Shown here one piece after another: positions 26,788 to 36,493 of a DNA stretch of 53,980 nucleotides. The stretch is from the NCBI GenBank assembly GCA_013204345.1, contig JABMOB010000002.1, positions 1-53,980 on the forward strand, written 5' to 3'. The position numbers and the translations under genes were made by a program. A model generated the notes under the pieces. That model did no database searches and was not told where the DNA came from. It saw only the letters and a program-made list of their open reading frames with translations. Origin of the DNA: Parcubacteria group bacterium. GTDB lineage: Bacteria; Patescibacteriota; Minisyncoccia; Phycocordibacterales; JABMOB01. Every line of letters begins with the position of its first letter. Positions within the stretch are counted from its first letter, which is position 1.

Positions 26788-28095
26788 ATGAAAATACTAT
26801 TTGTCACAAATGACCTAATTGCCGGGAATCTTGCATATCTACTCACACAGGAGGGTCATGACGTGAAGCTTTTTGTCCAAGAAAAGGACCGACGCAAAAA
26901 TTTTGACCATATGGTCAAAAAAACCAACAACTGGAAAAGGGAGGTGAAATGGGTGGGTAAAGACGGACTTATCGTCTTTGATGATGCCGGCTACGGTAAA
27001 GACCAAGATAGGTTGCGAAAAAAAGGATACACGGTCTTTGGGGGATGTGAATTGGGAGACAAACTTGAAAACAACAGGGAGTATGGGCAAAAAATATTTG
27101 CCGAATGTGGTATGAAAACAGTAATGCTCAAGGATTTTGACAATATGGATGATGCAGTAATGTTTGTTAAGAAACACAAAAAGGCATGGGTGATCAAACA
27201 AAATGGACACGCAGCAAAGACGTTAAATTATGTCGGAGTATTTTCGGACGGACGTGATGTTATAAGTGTTCTGAAAAATTATCTGCAAAATAGATCGACA
27301 AACAGGGAGAAAATAACTTTGCAAAAGAAAGTTGCTGGTGTAGAAATCGGTGTTGGTAGATATTTCAATGGAAATGATTGGGTGGGGCCAATGGAAATGA
27401 ATATAGAATACAAGAAATTTTTCCCAGGCGACATAGGAACAACAACAAGCGAAATGGGTACACTTGCTTGGTATGATGACAACGAAAACAATAAACTATT
27501 CAAGGAAACTTTGGCCAAAATGAAACCCTACCTAAAAAAAATAAATTTTAAGGGTGATATGGAGGTGAATTGTATTGTGAACGGAAATGGGGCTTTCCCC
27601 CTAGAAGCAACGCCCAGATTTGGCTCACCGATAATCCATCTGCATAGCGAAATACACAATTCGCCTTGGGGAGAATTGCTCTACGCTATAGCATCTGGTA
27701 AACCTTACAATCTAAAATGGAAACGTGGTTATGGGATAGTGGTGCTATTGGCATTGCCACCATTTCCATACACAAAAAACATCAAAGGAAATCTGTCTTA
27801 CGGAATGAGTGTCCATTTCAAAAATATACCCAAAGAAAAAATGAAACACATACATTTTGAGGAAGTTTCAAAAAGACCTGCAGAAAATGTGAACGGGGAG
27901 ACATCTTATTACGTATCAGATAACAGGGGTTATGTTTTATACGCAACCGGAATGGGCAAAACTGTAGAACAAGCAAGCAAGAATACTTATAGATTAGTGG
28001 AAAAAATTATTCTTCCCAAAACATTTTACAGAAATGATATCGGAGAATCTTTCAAAACAGATCAAAAAAAGCTCAAAAAATTGGGATACCTATAA
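26788..28095 (+). CDS. PurD-like ATP-grasp ligase
   Basis: LENNREYG, WVIKQNG, EYKKFFPGDIG.TTSEMGT, LEATPRFG.P; no other pur genes nearby. Confidence 0.8.
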   Translation: MKILFVTNDLIAGNLAYLLTQEGHDVKLFVQEKDRRKNFDHMVKKTNNWKREVKWVGKDGLIVFDDAGYGKDQDRLRKKGYTVFGGCELGDKLENNREYGQKIFAECGMKTVMLKDFDNMDDAVMFVKKHKKAWVIKQNGHAAKTLNYVGVFSDGRDVISVLKNYLQNRSTNREKITLQKKVAGVEIGVGRYFNGNDWVGPMEMNIEYKKFFPGDIGTTTSEMGTLAWYDDNENNKLFKETLAKMKPYLKKINFKGDMEVNCIVNGNGAFPLEATPRFGSPIIHLHSEIHNSPWGELLYAIASGKPYNLKWKRGYGIVVLLALPPFPYTKNIKGNLSYGMSVHFKNIPKEKMKHIHFEEVSKRPAENVNGETSYYVSDNRGYVLYATGMGKTVEQASKNTYRLVEKIILPKTFYRNDIGESFKTDQKKLKKLGYL

Positions 28096-28113
28096 ATGCC
28101 GAAAACAAATCGT

Positions 28114-28506
28114 TTAATAGATATTCTTGGGAGGATATTTTAGTCCCCTTTTTATAAAGTTGGTCTCAACTTCTTGTAAATCGAATTTTTGTTTGAAATA
28201 GTTTGTGATAAAATCTTTATCCAAACCGTTTTTACAAGTATAAACGTCAATACTTACAAAACCTCTCTTTGGAAAAGTATGGATACTAATGTGACTTTCA
28301 TCAATAATAACCACACCCGTATATCCACCAGGGTCTTTTTTGCCATTATCTTCGGCCCGATAAACTTCCGGATCAGAAAGTTTTTTCATCCCCAACAGAC
28401 CAGGTAACTCTTCCAAACATTTTCTAACAAGTTGTTTGTCGTCAAGTAAACCTTCGTTTCCACCATAACCGTCTAGGGTGATATGTTCACCAAAATGCTC
28501 ATTCAT
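28114..28506 (-). CDS. speD: Pyruvoyl-dependent decarboxylase, AdoMetDC (SpeD/SpeH) family
   Basis: GEHITLD, GGYTGVVIIDESHISIHTFP, IDVYTC (E-S self-cleavage site). Confidence 0.85.
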   Translation of the reverse strand: MNEHFGEHITLDGYGGNEGLLDDKQLVRKCLEELPGLLGMKKLSDPEVYRAEDNGKKDPGGYTGVVIIDESHISIHTFPKRGFVSIDVYTCKNGLDKDFITNYFKQKFDLQEVETNFIKRGLKYPPKNIY

Positions 28507-28584
28507 AATTTTCATTATATCACTTTCTGGTATATTGCAAATAATTATATTAATGGACACAAAAAAAGAGCTTGTGGATGTAAA

Positions 28585-29091
28585 TCACACAAGCCCTTTG
28601 ACGATATTCCAGAGCCAACTTATGGCATTCATGCCGGTGAAAAGTACAAATACCCACCAGAGATTACCAACAAACACACTGCCAAGAAAGATCTTCCAAT
28701 CTCGACGACTGAGCCCGTTGTAACTGCCCTTTCGCATGTACACAGTTACAATGAACGGGTCGAATTTGATGGACAGGAGAATCATTGCGATGGGATCACT
28801 TTTGGTGAGAACCCACGCGATAATCCGGCGCATCCTACCACCCTTCGACTCTTTGAGAAGCTTCAGGGTCTCAATGCCTAGCCAGTCCTGTTTGGACCAG
28901 TCGTAAAACAGAATGGTGAGGTAACAAAGCACCAAAGAAATCAGCATCACAGCGACCGAACCCCACACTAACCCTCCGTAATAAAGAGCGAGAGGATCTA
29001 CAAAAAAATCAATCCCCCAGACCATCAGTTGGTTGGCAAGGAGGCCAACCCCAATAATTCCAATACGAGCCTTGACTGATTTAGAATCCAA
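28585..29091 (-). CDS. Hypothetical membrane protein
   Basis: TTG start with GGAGGT SD; several hydrophobic segments. Confidence 0.7.
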   Translation of the reverse strand: MDSKSVKARIGIIGVGLLANQLMVWGIDFFVDPLALYYGGLVWGSVAVMLISLVLCYLTILFYDWSKQDWLGIETLKLLKESKGGRMRRIIAWVLTKSDPIAMILLSIKFDPFIVTVYMRKGSYNGLSRRDWKIFLGSVFVGNLWWVFVLFTGMNAISWLWNIVKGLV

Positions 29092-29096
29092 GAGTC

Positions 29097-29211
29097 ACCT
29101 CCTTTCTTTGTTTGATTAGTTGGTTGAAATTGCCTGAAACGGCTTCAAAGGACACGAAAATCACACTGACTTTCTACTTTTTATTCTATACTATTTCCCC
29201 CAAAAAGTCAA
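29097..29211 (-). promoter_or_regulatory. Promoter + 5'UTR + SD module, copy 1 (copy 2 at 35355-35470)
   Basis: TTGACT-17-TAGAAT, hairpin gaaaRtca-gtg-tgattttc, ttcaaccaa, aaagaaaggaggt shared by both copies. Confidence 0.8.
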
Positions 29212-29285
29212 GTGCTATCGGGTTGAATCTATTTTTTAGATTTTCTCACATTTCTAAATACTTATTTGTATATATCTCAAGGTGG

Positions 29286-29876
29286 CTAGTCTTTAAACTT
29301 AAACTGAAAGAAAAATTCTTCCTTTTCAGACAAAATCTTTACGATAGACTCAAAATATTCCGCAATCAGAGGATGAGAAACCACCTTATCTTTCTTGTTT
29401 TCAATTATCTCCAAAAGCGATAGATCATTTTTTTCCCACGAGTAACCATCATCCAGATAGATGTTTAATATTGGTAGTAATTTGTCTAATGCATAAACAA
29501 AATTTGCTTCAGGCGATTCCCTTCTCTCATAAATTTCTATGAGAGAATAGATCTCTCTATTTTCAGAAAATTCTTTTTTCAATGTCTCAAGGGCTGTCTT
29601 CTCACCCTTTTTCTTATTTTTATGTTCTGAAGAAAAGGAAGAGAAATCACCTGTATATCTCTCCAATAAATCATGTACTAAAGAAAACTTAACTACGACA
29701 GAAATATCTAAATCAAGCTTTTCTTTCTCTATAACCATCCACGCAACCAAAGCAAGCTGAAAACTGTGCTCGGAGTCATTTTCTTGCCGTTGACCGTTTC
29801 TCCTCCACACTTGACGTTTTATATTTTCAAATGATCTAGTAAAGGATACTGAGTTTAATAAGTAAGTTAATTTCAT
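29286..29876 (-). CDS. HD-domain phosphohydrolase (YfbR/HDDC2-like 5'-deoxynucleotidase)
   Basis: ENDSEHS, LVHDLLE..TGD, EANFVYALDKL. Confidence 0.85.
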   Translation of the reverse strand: MKLTYLLNSVSFTRSFENIKRQVWRRNGQRQENDSEHSFQLALVAWMVIEKEKLDLDISVVVKFSLVHDLLERYTGDFSSFSSEHKNKKKGEKTALETLKKEFSENREIYSLIEIYERRESPEANFVYALDKLLPILNIYLDDGYSWEKNDLSLLEIIENKKDKVVSHPLIAEYFESIVKILSEKEEFFFQFKFKD

Positions 29877-29924
29877 TAAGTTGTATTTTAACACAAAACT
29901 ATGCGATAGTTATGACACCAAACT

Positions 29925-30707
29925 ATGAACGGATTTATATTCAAAAGCAACAAAAAAGATAGATCTGTTAAAATAGACGCCAAGCGTGGATCTGTGATCA
30001 AAATGATTTTAGATCCCCGTGTTCTAAAAAAAGAATATTCCGTCCAACGTTTTTTGGGCGATGCAGGTATCGCACCCAAGGTAAGGACACTATCAACTGA
30101 AAAAAGGTTTTTTGAGCAAATTTTTACAAAGCAAAAAACAAAGAACCTCGAACTGACCAATGAAAACATTAAGGCTCTTGCGCTGCTACTGAAAAAACTC
30201 CATTCAACAAAGATTCCTCGAAGTATTTTAGAATATGTTAATAATCCTTTTTTGAATCGAAACCTGTATAATCCCCTATTGGTGTGTGAAAAAATGTTAG
30301 AGAATAATAATTGCTTACAGAAAAATAGAGAGCTTTTACAGAAAAAAATGAATACCTACTTACAGATACTGAAAAAAACTTCTTACAAAGTAGGTCTCAT
30401 ACACGGCGATCTAAGGAAAGAGAACATCCTTTTGTTTGATCAAAATATTTTGCTAGTTGACTGGGAAGATTGTCGCATTGATATAACAAGTTGCGATGTT
30501 TCTCAGCTATTTTACCTGCTTGATTTTGACAATACTCAAGAGAATATTTTTTTAAAATATTACAATGAAAAATATATAACCAAAGATATCCTCACAATGC
30601 ACAAGGTCCTCTTAATCGTGTATGAGATTATATATCAAAAAGTTGTTAACGGTGTAGATGATATAGGTCGCATACACAAACTCCAAAAAGTCTTGGATCA
30701 AGCCTAA
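29925..30707 (+). CDS. APH/choline-kinase-like phosphotransferase
   Basis: LKKLH, IHGDL..ENILL, LVDWE. Confidence 0.82.
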   Translation: MNGFIFKSNKKDRSVKIDAKRGSVIKMILDPRVLKKEYSVQRFLGDAGIAPKVRTLSTEKRFFEQIFTKQKTKNLELTNENIKALALLLKKLHSTKIPRSILEYVNNPFLNRNLYNPLLVCEKMLENNNCLQKNRELLQKKMNTYLQILKKTSYKVGLIHGDLRKENILLFDQNILLVDWEDCRIDITSCDVSQLFYLLDFDNTQENIFLKYYNEKYITKDILTMHKVLLIVYEIIYQKVVNGVDDIGRIHKLQKVLDQA

Positions 30708-31333
30708 TTAAGATATTTTTTCAATATATTGAGAAGTGAAGACGGACTATCCACAAGTTCTATCTTAAATCCCAATTTTTTATAAACACCAGTTTTATCG
30801 TCACAGTCATCCAACAACACTACGTCTTTATAGGTTAAGCTATTCTTTTTAAGATAATCGTCAAAAAAAGGAATGGCGTTCTGCTCGGTTTGATATTTTA
30901 CCACTTGAAGTTCATTGGAGACAAGAAAGTTATCGAAATAATTTTCAAGACCCAACGAAGAAACAGTAAACCTTCTAAAGGTATCCATATTATCAGTTGC
31001 TATAACAACACTTACCCCCATGTCTCTTATCTCCTGCACAACAGGAAGAACACGATCATTTGCAAGCCTCATATTCATACAACTTTCCTTGAGAGTACTG
31101 AGGATAATCTCATATTTAATTCCCGTTGCAAATGATATCTTTTTACATATATCCTCTGATGAGAACTTGCCAAGCATCCAATCCTTAGAAAGATTTGGAT
31201 TTTCTAAAAAAATATACTTGGTTATTTCCTTATGGTAACAATTATATGGATGATTTGGCACAAATAATTGACTCCAAAAAAGAGAATCAGATAACGTATT
31301 AAACCAGTCAATAAAAATTGTTTTGTACCCCAT
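30704..31333 (-). CDS. HAD-superfamily hydrolase
   Basis: IFIDWFNTL, ATDN, K, LLDD motifs. Confidence 0.75.
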   Translation of the reverse strand: MGYKTIFIDWFNTLSDSLFWSQLFVPNHPYNCYHKEITKYIFLENPNLSKDWMLGKFSSEDICKKISFATGIKYEIILSTLKESCMNMRLANDRVLPVVQEIRDMGVSVVIATDNMDTFRRFTVSSLGLENYFDNFLVSNELQVVKYQTEQNAIPFFDDYLKKNSLTYKDVVLLDDCDDKTGVYKKLGFKIELVDSPSSLLNILKKYLN

Positions 31334-31390
31334 CTTTTACTTATTAGATTAATTATAGCATACTATGAACATACCAAGCTAATATAGAAA

Positions 31391-32089
31391 ATGTCTATAA
31401 AAAACAAAATTGTATGTTTTTCTCCTCATCCAGATGACGAACTTCTGGGTTGTGGGGGAAGTATCATAAAAGCCATAGAAAAAGGTGCTGATGTTCATAT
31501 CTGCTATATGTCATACGGTGAAACTGGTAGTCCTAAACACAACTTTGAAGACCTCGGAAAAATCAGAAAAAATGAGGCATTGAAAGTTTGTAATTTTATT
31601 GGAATCCCAACAAAGAATATACATTTTCTTAAAATCCCCGATAATCAGATAGAAGCAAGCGACTTTGGGAACTTTACACATATTATGAAAATAGTGCGAG
31701 AAGTAAAACCCAATATTGTATACCTGCCTCATATCAATGAGCAATCACACGACCATGAACAAGCGCACAAACTTGTTATGAGATTGGATATGGCAGCCAG
31801 TAATAATTTTTTTGAATTCGGAAAATCGGCGTGGTGGGTTGAAACCGTACTTGCCTACGAAGTCTGGACCCCAATGGAGAAGTATCAGTACTCGGAGGAT
31901 ATATCAAAATATCTTGATAAGAAAATAGAAGCTTTAAAAATGTATGAGTCCCAGACAAAAGAACAAGGGAATGTGTCAGATTTTATAAGCAATAAAGCAA
32001 AGTGCCTTCCTGGATATAGAGCGGCAATGACTATTGGCGAATATCGGGAAATGTTTCAGGTTTTAAGAATGCCTACCTTGTATGAATAG
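31391..32089 (+). CDS. PIG-L family N-deacetylase
   Basis: SPHPDDELLGCGG, R..EA, SHDH, K..AL..Y.SQ. Confidence 0.9.
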   Translation: MSIKNKIVCFSPHPDDELLGCGGSIIKAIEKGADVHICYMSYGETGSPKHNFEDLGKIRKNEALKVCNFIGIPTKNIHFLKIPDNQIEASDFGNFTHIMKIVREVKPNIVYLPHINEQSHDHEQAHKLVMRLDMAASNNFFEFGKSAWWVETVLAYEVWTPMEKYQYSEDISKYLDKKIEALKMYESQTKEQGNVSDFISNKAKCLPGYRAAMTIGEYREMFQVLRMPTLYE

Positions 32090-33356
32090 CGACCATATAT
32101 CAAGAAGTAAATTAAATAAATTCCTTAAACCCATTAATTTTGCTGGATACGAACGTGAAATGGAATCGATGCCAAAATCTAGTTTTTTGTTTGTTACATA
32201 TAATAGGTGTCCATACAAAAATTTTGATAGAAATCCTTTAGTTTGGGCATTCCAAAGTTTAATAAACAACCGACGTTATGAAATTAATGATTATGTTGTT
32301 ATTGATGATTGTTCTACTGATTATACGAGAGATTGTATACGATGGTTATCCAAAAAATACGATATAAAAATCAGATATTTCAAAAATCGTAGAAAAAAAG
32401 AATATTCCCATAACAGGCGTATGGGAATCTACAAAACAAAAAATAATTTAGTCTTCATGGGAGATGATGATTGTATATACGCTCCTGAATTTCTTGCTGG
32501 TAGTATGTTGACTCATTATCTACTAGAAAAAAATCTTGGTAAATCAAAAATCGCTGTCATTAATCTTCCTGCTTACGAAAAAAGCATTTACCCAAAGAAA
32601 AGTGTACAATTAGCTGACATTGGAAAGGTTTTTCTTAAAAAAACCTACTTCCGGCATGAATTTGATAAATTCCCAAAGGAATATTTAAGACACCCTCGAT
32701 ATATCAACAAAAAAGGTGACATTCTTGAACCGATAGAAGTAGATACATTCAAAGGGGTTAACTTATGCAACAAAACACTCATTCTTAATTGTGGTAACTA
32801 TATGGATTTATCGGAATGGAACTATGGATACTCGGAGCACATCGAATTATCCAGAAGAATAAACACAATGGGTTACCTTATATTTCATCAACCAGACCCA
32901 AGAATAAGTTGCATTCACTTACAATTTGGCAAAAAACAAACAAAAGACATTCTTAATAGTAGATTAAGAAATAAGAAAATCCTAGGGCTCAAATATTCTT
33001 TAGGAAAAATGGTAGATTTATCAGAAATAAACAATTTAAATACCGGCGCAAGAGATTCAGTTGAAATATTTCACTTTGTTGAGATTGGTAGTTTTTTCTC
33101 TTTTTACCTTAAAATATCAACATCTCTGGGTTTAAAATTTGCAATCAATCAATATAAATTTTTTGTACTGCAAGAAAAAGTATACCCATTCATACCTAAA
33201 TTTAATTATCTATCAAAAGAAAAACGGAAAGACATATTTTACAAAGCAATCCAAAAAGGGCTAGAGGTTAGTAAAAAACAAAGTAACAAAAAATTCAACG
33301 GAATATATAAAAAAATAATAAAAGAAACACAAAAATTATGTACTACGTTTTCATAG
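32082..33356 (+). CDS. Glycosyltransferase family 2 (soluble)
   Basis: VTYNR, VIDDCSTD, MGDDD. Confidence 0.82.
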   Translation: MNSDHISRSKLNKFLKPINFAGYEREMESMPKSSFLFVTYNRCPYKNFDRNPLVWAFQSLINNRRYEINDYVVIDDCSTDYTRDCIRWLSKKYDIKIRYFKNRRKKEYSHNRRMGIYKTKNNLVFMGDDDCIYAPEFLAGSMLTHYLLEKNLGKSKIAVINLPAYEKSIYPKKSVQLADIGKVFLKKTYFRHEFDKFPKEYLRHPRYINKKGDILEPIEVDTFKGVNLCNKTLILNCGNYMDLSEWNYGYSEHIELSRRINTMGYLIFHQPDPRISCIHLQFGKKQTKDILNSRLRNKKILGLKYSLGKMVDLSEINNLNTGARDSVEIFHFVEIGSFFSFYLKISTSLGLKFAINQYKFFVLQEKVYPFIPKFNYLSKEKRKDIFYKAIQKGLEVSKKQSNKKFNGIYKKIIKETQKLCTTFS

Positions 33357-34699
33357 TTACCATATTACTTTTATTTTTTCGGACAGTGTACTCCACACTT
33401 CAATTACTGACTTCAATCTACTGGCTTGAAAAAAATAGACATAAGGATATATCAATACCAAATGAAGATATTCAGTTTTTCATCTTAATCCCGGTTTTAA
33501 GAGAGCAAAAAATATTAGAAAATACTGTAAATAATTTTCTGAAACTTGATTACAAAAAAACTAAGATAACTATTTTTTTAATTTCTACAGAAAAAGAAAA
33601 TCTTGACGCTCATGGCAAAAAATATTTCGGTTATACAACAATGGATTTAATAAAGAAAATAAAGAACCAAACAAACGCTATCCACAAAAAACAAATCATC
33701 AAACATATTCATTATCCACATACTACCGGCAAGATGGTAGACCAGTTAAATTTTGCTCTGGAACAAATAAACGAAACAACAAAAAAAAGGGAGGGGGTAT
33801 TTTTTGCTATTTATAATGCAGACTCAAAACCACACATTGATTCGTTTAATAAAGTTTCCGCACTTGCCCGCAACAAAAAAATAAGAGTATTTCAACAATC
33901 CTCTCTCTTTTTGAGTAATTTTTCAGACATGGAAAAAGAAAGTTGGCTGTCAGAAAAATATCTAAAAACCAATGCTGTTCTGCATAGCCGCTGGACATTG
34001 GCACATGAGATCCCGAGAATGTTACGTCAATCTTTTTTTCTTAATACATACAAAAAAAGATTTTTTCTATCTCACTGTGTTGGACATGGACTTTTTTTAC
34101 GAGCAGATTTAGTTACTGATATAGGTAAAATCCCAGATACAACAATGACCGAGGACTTGTTTCTTGGATATAATCTTTCGTTATTAGGTGAATCAATTAA
34201 CCCCGTACCTGTTCTAGAAAACGCAGAGGCCCCGAATAATTTTATCGGTGCGCTCAAGCAAAAATATGTTTGGTTCTTTGGTCCGTTAGATCATTTTAAC
34301 TATGAAAGATTTTTTAAACTTAAATATGGAACTAAAGTAAATTCGATATTAATAAAATGGTTCACATTACAAGGAATCCTACCAGCAATTGCATGGCTTT
34401 TGATGGGGTGGGTACTTATTGCCGTACTAATCTACCCAATAGTACTGGGTGATCATTGGTTGTTATTAGTGAGTATGCTAATAATTATACTCTACGGACC
34501 AATTGGATATTTATTAGTTATGATATACGCAAAAAAAATCGGACTTCTCGACGCACGGATAAGTGACTATTTTTGGATACCAGTATTTATCATACCAACT
34601 GTTTTTTTACACAGCTTACCACCAATCTATAGTATTTTTAGTAAGTCTAGAAAGTTTTTTACTGGAAAAGATCCAGACAAACCTAAAACAGAAAGATGA
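33338..34699 (+). CDS. Membrane-bound GT2 glycosyltransferase (processive-like)
   Basis: LIPVLRE, YNADS, VGHGL, TEDL, QKYVW (QxxRW-like), C-terminal TMs, KTER end. Confidence 0.82.
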   Translation: MYYVFIVTILLLFFRTVYSTLQLLTSIYWLEKNRHKDISIPNEDIQFFILIPVLREQKILENTVNNFLKLDYKKTKITIFLISTEKENLDAHGKKYFGYTTMDLIKKIKNQTNAIHKKQIIKHIHYPHTTGKMVDQLNFALEQINETTKKREGVFFAIYNADSKPHIDSFNKVSALARNKKIRVFQQSSLFLSNFSDMEKESWLSEKYLKTNAVLHSRWTLAHEIPRMLRQSFFLNTYKKRFFLSHCVGHGLFLRADLVTDIGKIPDTTMTEDLFLGYNLSLLGESINPVPVLENAEAPNNFIGALKQKYVWFFGPLDHFNYERFFKLKYGTKVNSILIKWFTLQGILPAIAWLLMGWVLIAVLIYPIVLGDHWLLLVSMLIIILYGPIGYLLVMIYAKKIGLLDARISDYFWIPVFIIPTVFLHSLPPIYSIFSKSRKFFTGKDPDKPKTER

Positions 34700-34741
34700 A
34701 CAGATAATAAAAATAGAAGGAGATTTTTTAAAATACCCCTT

Positions 34742-35350
34742 CTACTGTAGCTTGCCAAATCGTCGGATAATTGCCAAAATTTCTTCCTGAACAATGTCAG
34801 ACTCGGTATTTGCATCAACTCTTACGAATTGGTGACTTTTTGTGGCTTCGTTTCGGAAGAAATCCGTTAAATACGTATTAAATATCCGATCGTAAAAATG
34901 TGGTAAAAATCTATCCCTAAAATGAGCGATGCGTTTCTCAAGTTCTACCTGGGATACATCCATAAACACAGTAATGTCAGGTTCAATTTTATGGAAAGAC
35001 AACCATAGTCTCTCGACATCTTTGTAGACGGCGAGGCCTGTAATGTGTTGCGCTGCGAACTCAAAACCAAGGCAACTTAGATAAGTACGATCAACCAGAA
35101 CGATTCCTTCTTGATCGTACCGATCATTTTCAAGATCAACCAAGCGCCGTTTTTCAATATCTATAAAAAATTTTGCTGCCTCCAAGTTTTCCACACATGA
35201 ACGTGGTGGAAAACTTGGGGGAAAAAGATTCAGTAATTTGACATAATAACCATACTCATTCACAATTCTAGCCTTCAAAAGATACGACAAACGGTGGATC
35301 ATTGTTGTTTTTCCAGCACACACAAGACCATCAAATCCAATTATAAACAC
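34742..35350 (-). CDS. Thymidylate/deoxynucleoside kinase-like protein
   Basis: GTG start after SD; FDGLVCAGKTT, LVDRTYLS, PDITVFMD. Confidence 0.8.
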   Translation of the reverse strand: MFIIGFDGLVCAGKTTMIHRLSYLLKARIVNEYGYYVKLLNLFPPSFPPRSCVENLEAAKFFIDIEKRRLVDLENDRYDQEGIVLVDRTYLSCLGFEFAAQHITGLAVYKDVERLWLSFHKIEPDITVFMDVSQVELEKRIAHFRDRFLPHFYDRIFNTYLTDFFRNEATKSHQFVRVDANTESDIVQEEILAIIRRFGKLQ

Positions 35351-35354
35351 AGAA

Positions 35355-35470
35355 ACCTCCTTTCTTTGTTTGGTTGAAATTGCTCGAAACGTCGGGAATA
35401 GATTCAAAGAGCCTGAAAATCACACTGATTTTCTACTCCTTATTCTATACTATTTTCCCCCCAAAGTCAA
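35355..35470 (-). promoter_or_regulatory. Promoter + 5'UTR + SD module, copy 2
   Basis: Imperfect direct repeat of 29097-29211. Confidence 0.8.
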
Positions 35471-35750
35471 TGGTTTGAGAAATGGCCTATTTATTGATTA
35501 CCCCACCCAATCCGTTATGATACAGATATTTGAAAATCAAATACTTATCAAAGTGATTCAAAAAACTCAAAATGAGTGGTAGTATAAGTGCAACAAAAAA
35601 GCAGTTCATGGTTGGTTAAATAAACTACCCTGTGACAAAGACAGCAGGGAAACGAGTTATACCACAAAGTTGTTGGTAAGGGCATGTTTTTTATAAAGTT
35701 TCTGGCCTTAAGTATTTCCGTAAAAGAACCGAAGGTGGTAAAATAAAAAA

Positions 35751-36221
35751 ATGACAAAGAAATTTACTGACGAAGAATACGCCGCAATACTTCCCAAAAA
35801 ACAAGTTGGAACGGCAGTTTTGTTTTTTAACACAAAAGGAGAATTGCTTATTCTAAAACCAGATTACAAAGACGGATGGCTTGTCCCAGGAGGATCAACC
35901 GATAATGATGAATCCCCCCTCCACTCGGCTATTCGAGAAACAAAAGAAGAGATTGGGCTCGATATTACCGAATTACAATTAGTAGGGATATACTATGGGC
36001 CTAGAAAGGGAGTTTTTACAGACTCTCTAAAATTTATTTTTTCAGGAGGCACTATTACTGATAACCAAATAATGCAAATAAAATTACAAATAGAAGAATT
36101 GGAAGAATACATTTTTGTTTCTCCAGAAAAGGCAATACCCCTATTGTCTCCGAGCTTACAGAAAAGCATACCCGCATGCTTAGAAGCCCTAAAAAACAAT
36201 ACCGTTGCGTATATTGAATAA
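35751..36221 (+). CDS. NUDIX hydrolase
   Basis: PGG.....ESP..SAIRETKEEIG Nudix box. Confidence 0.92.
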   Translation: MTKKFTDEEYAAILPKKQVGTAVLFFNTKGELLILKPDYKDGWLVPGGSTDNDESPLHSAIRETKEEIGLDITELQLVGIYYGPRKGVFTDSLKFIFSGGTITDNQIMQIKLQIEELEEYIFVSPEKAIPLLSPSLQKSIPACLEALKNNTVAYIE

Positions 36222-36493
36222 AAAAAATCGGAATCCCCTGCTGGTGCAAACATCGCAATACGTTTTTGGAAAGATTATTCTCATTTTTATAATTTTTACC
36301 TGAAAATCAATAACGAAGCGGAGCGAGTAGCTTTTAGGCTATTTTTGGTTTAATATAGATAACAACATGATAACCTCAAAAACTATCACTACTTGGTCCA
36401 GTTTTATTTAAAACGAACACACTGTTTCGTTTAGTTTGATTTACGTTAATTAGAAGAAGAAAGTCTCATAACTCAACCCAAAGGAGATCTCTC

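Noticed and set aside
26788-28095. Assigning the symbol purD
   Set aside because: The N-terminus lacks the typical GSGGREH motif and there is no purine-pathway context; kept as PurD-like.
35560-35745. Possible ncRNA upstream of the NUDIX gene
   Set aside because: Only a short ccctg/caggg hairpin; not enough support.
36367-36411. uORF MITSKTITTWSSFI upstream of the NlpC/P60 gene as an attenuator
   Set aside because: The following hairpin is weak and no clear antiterminator was found.
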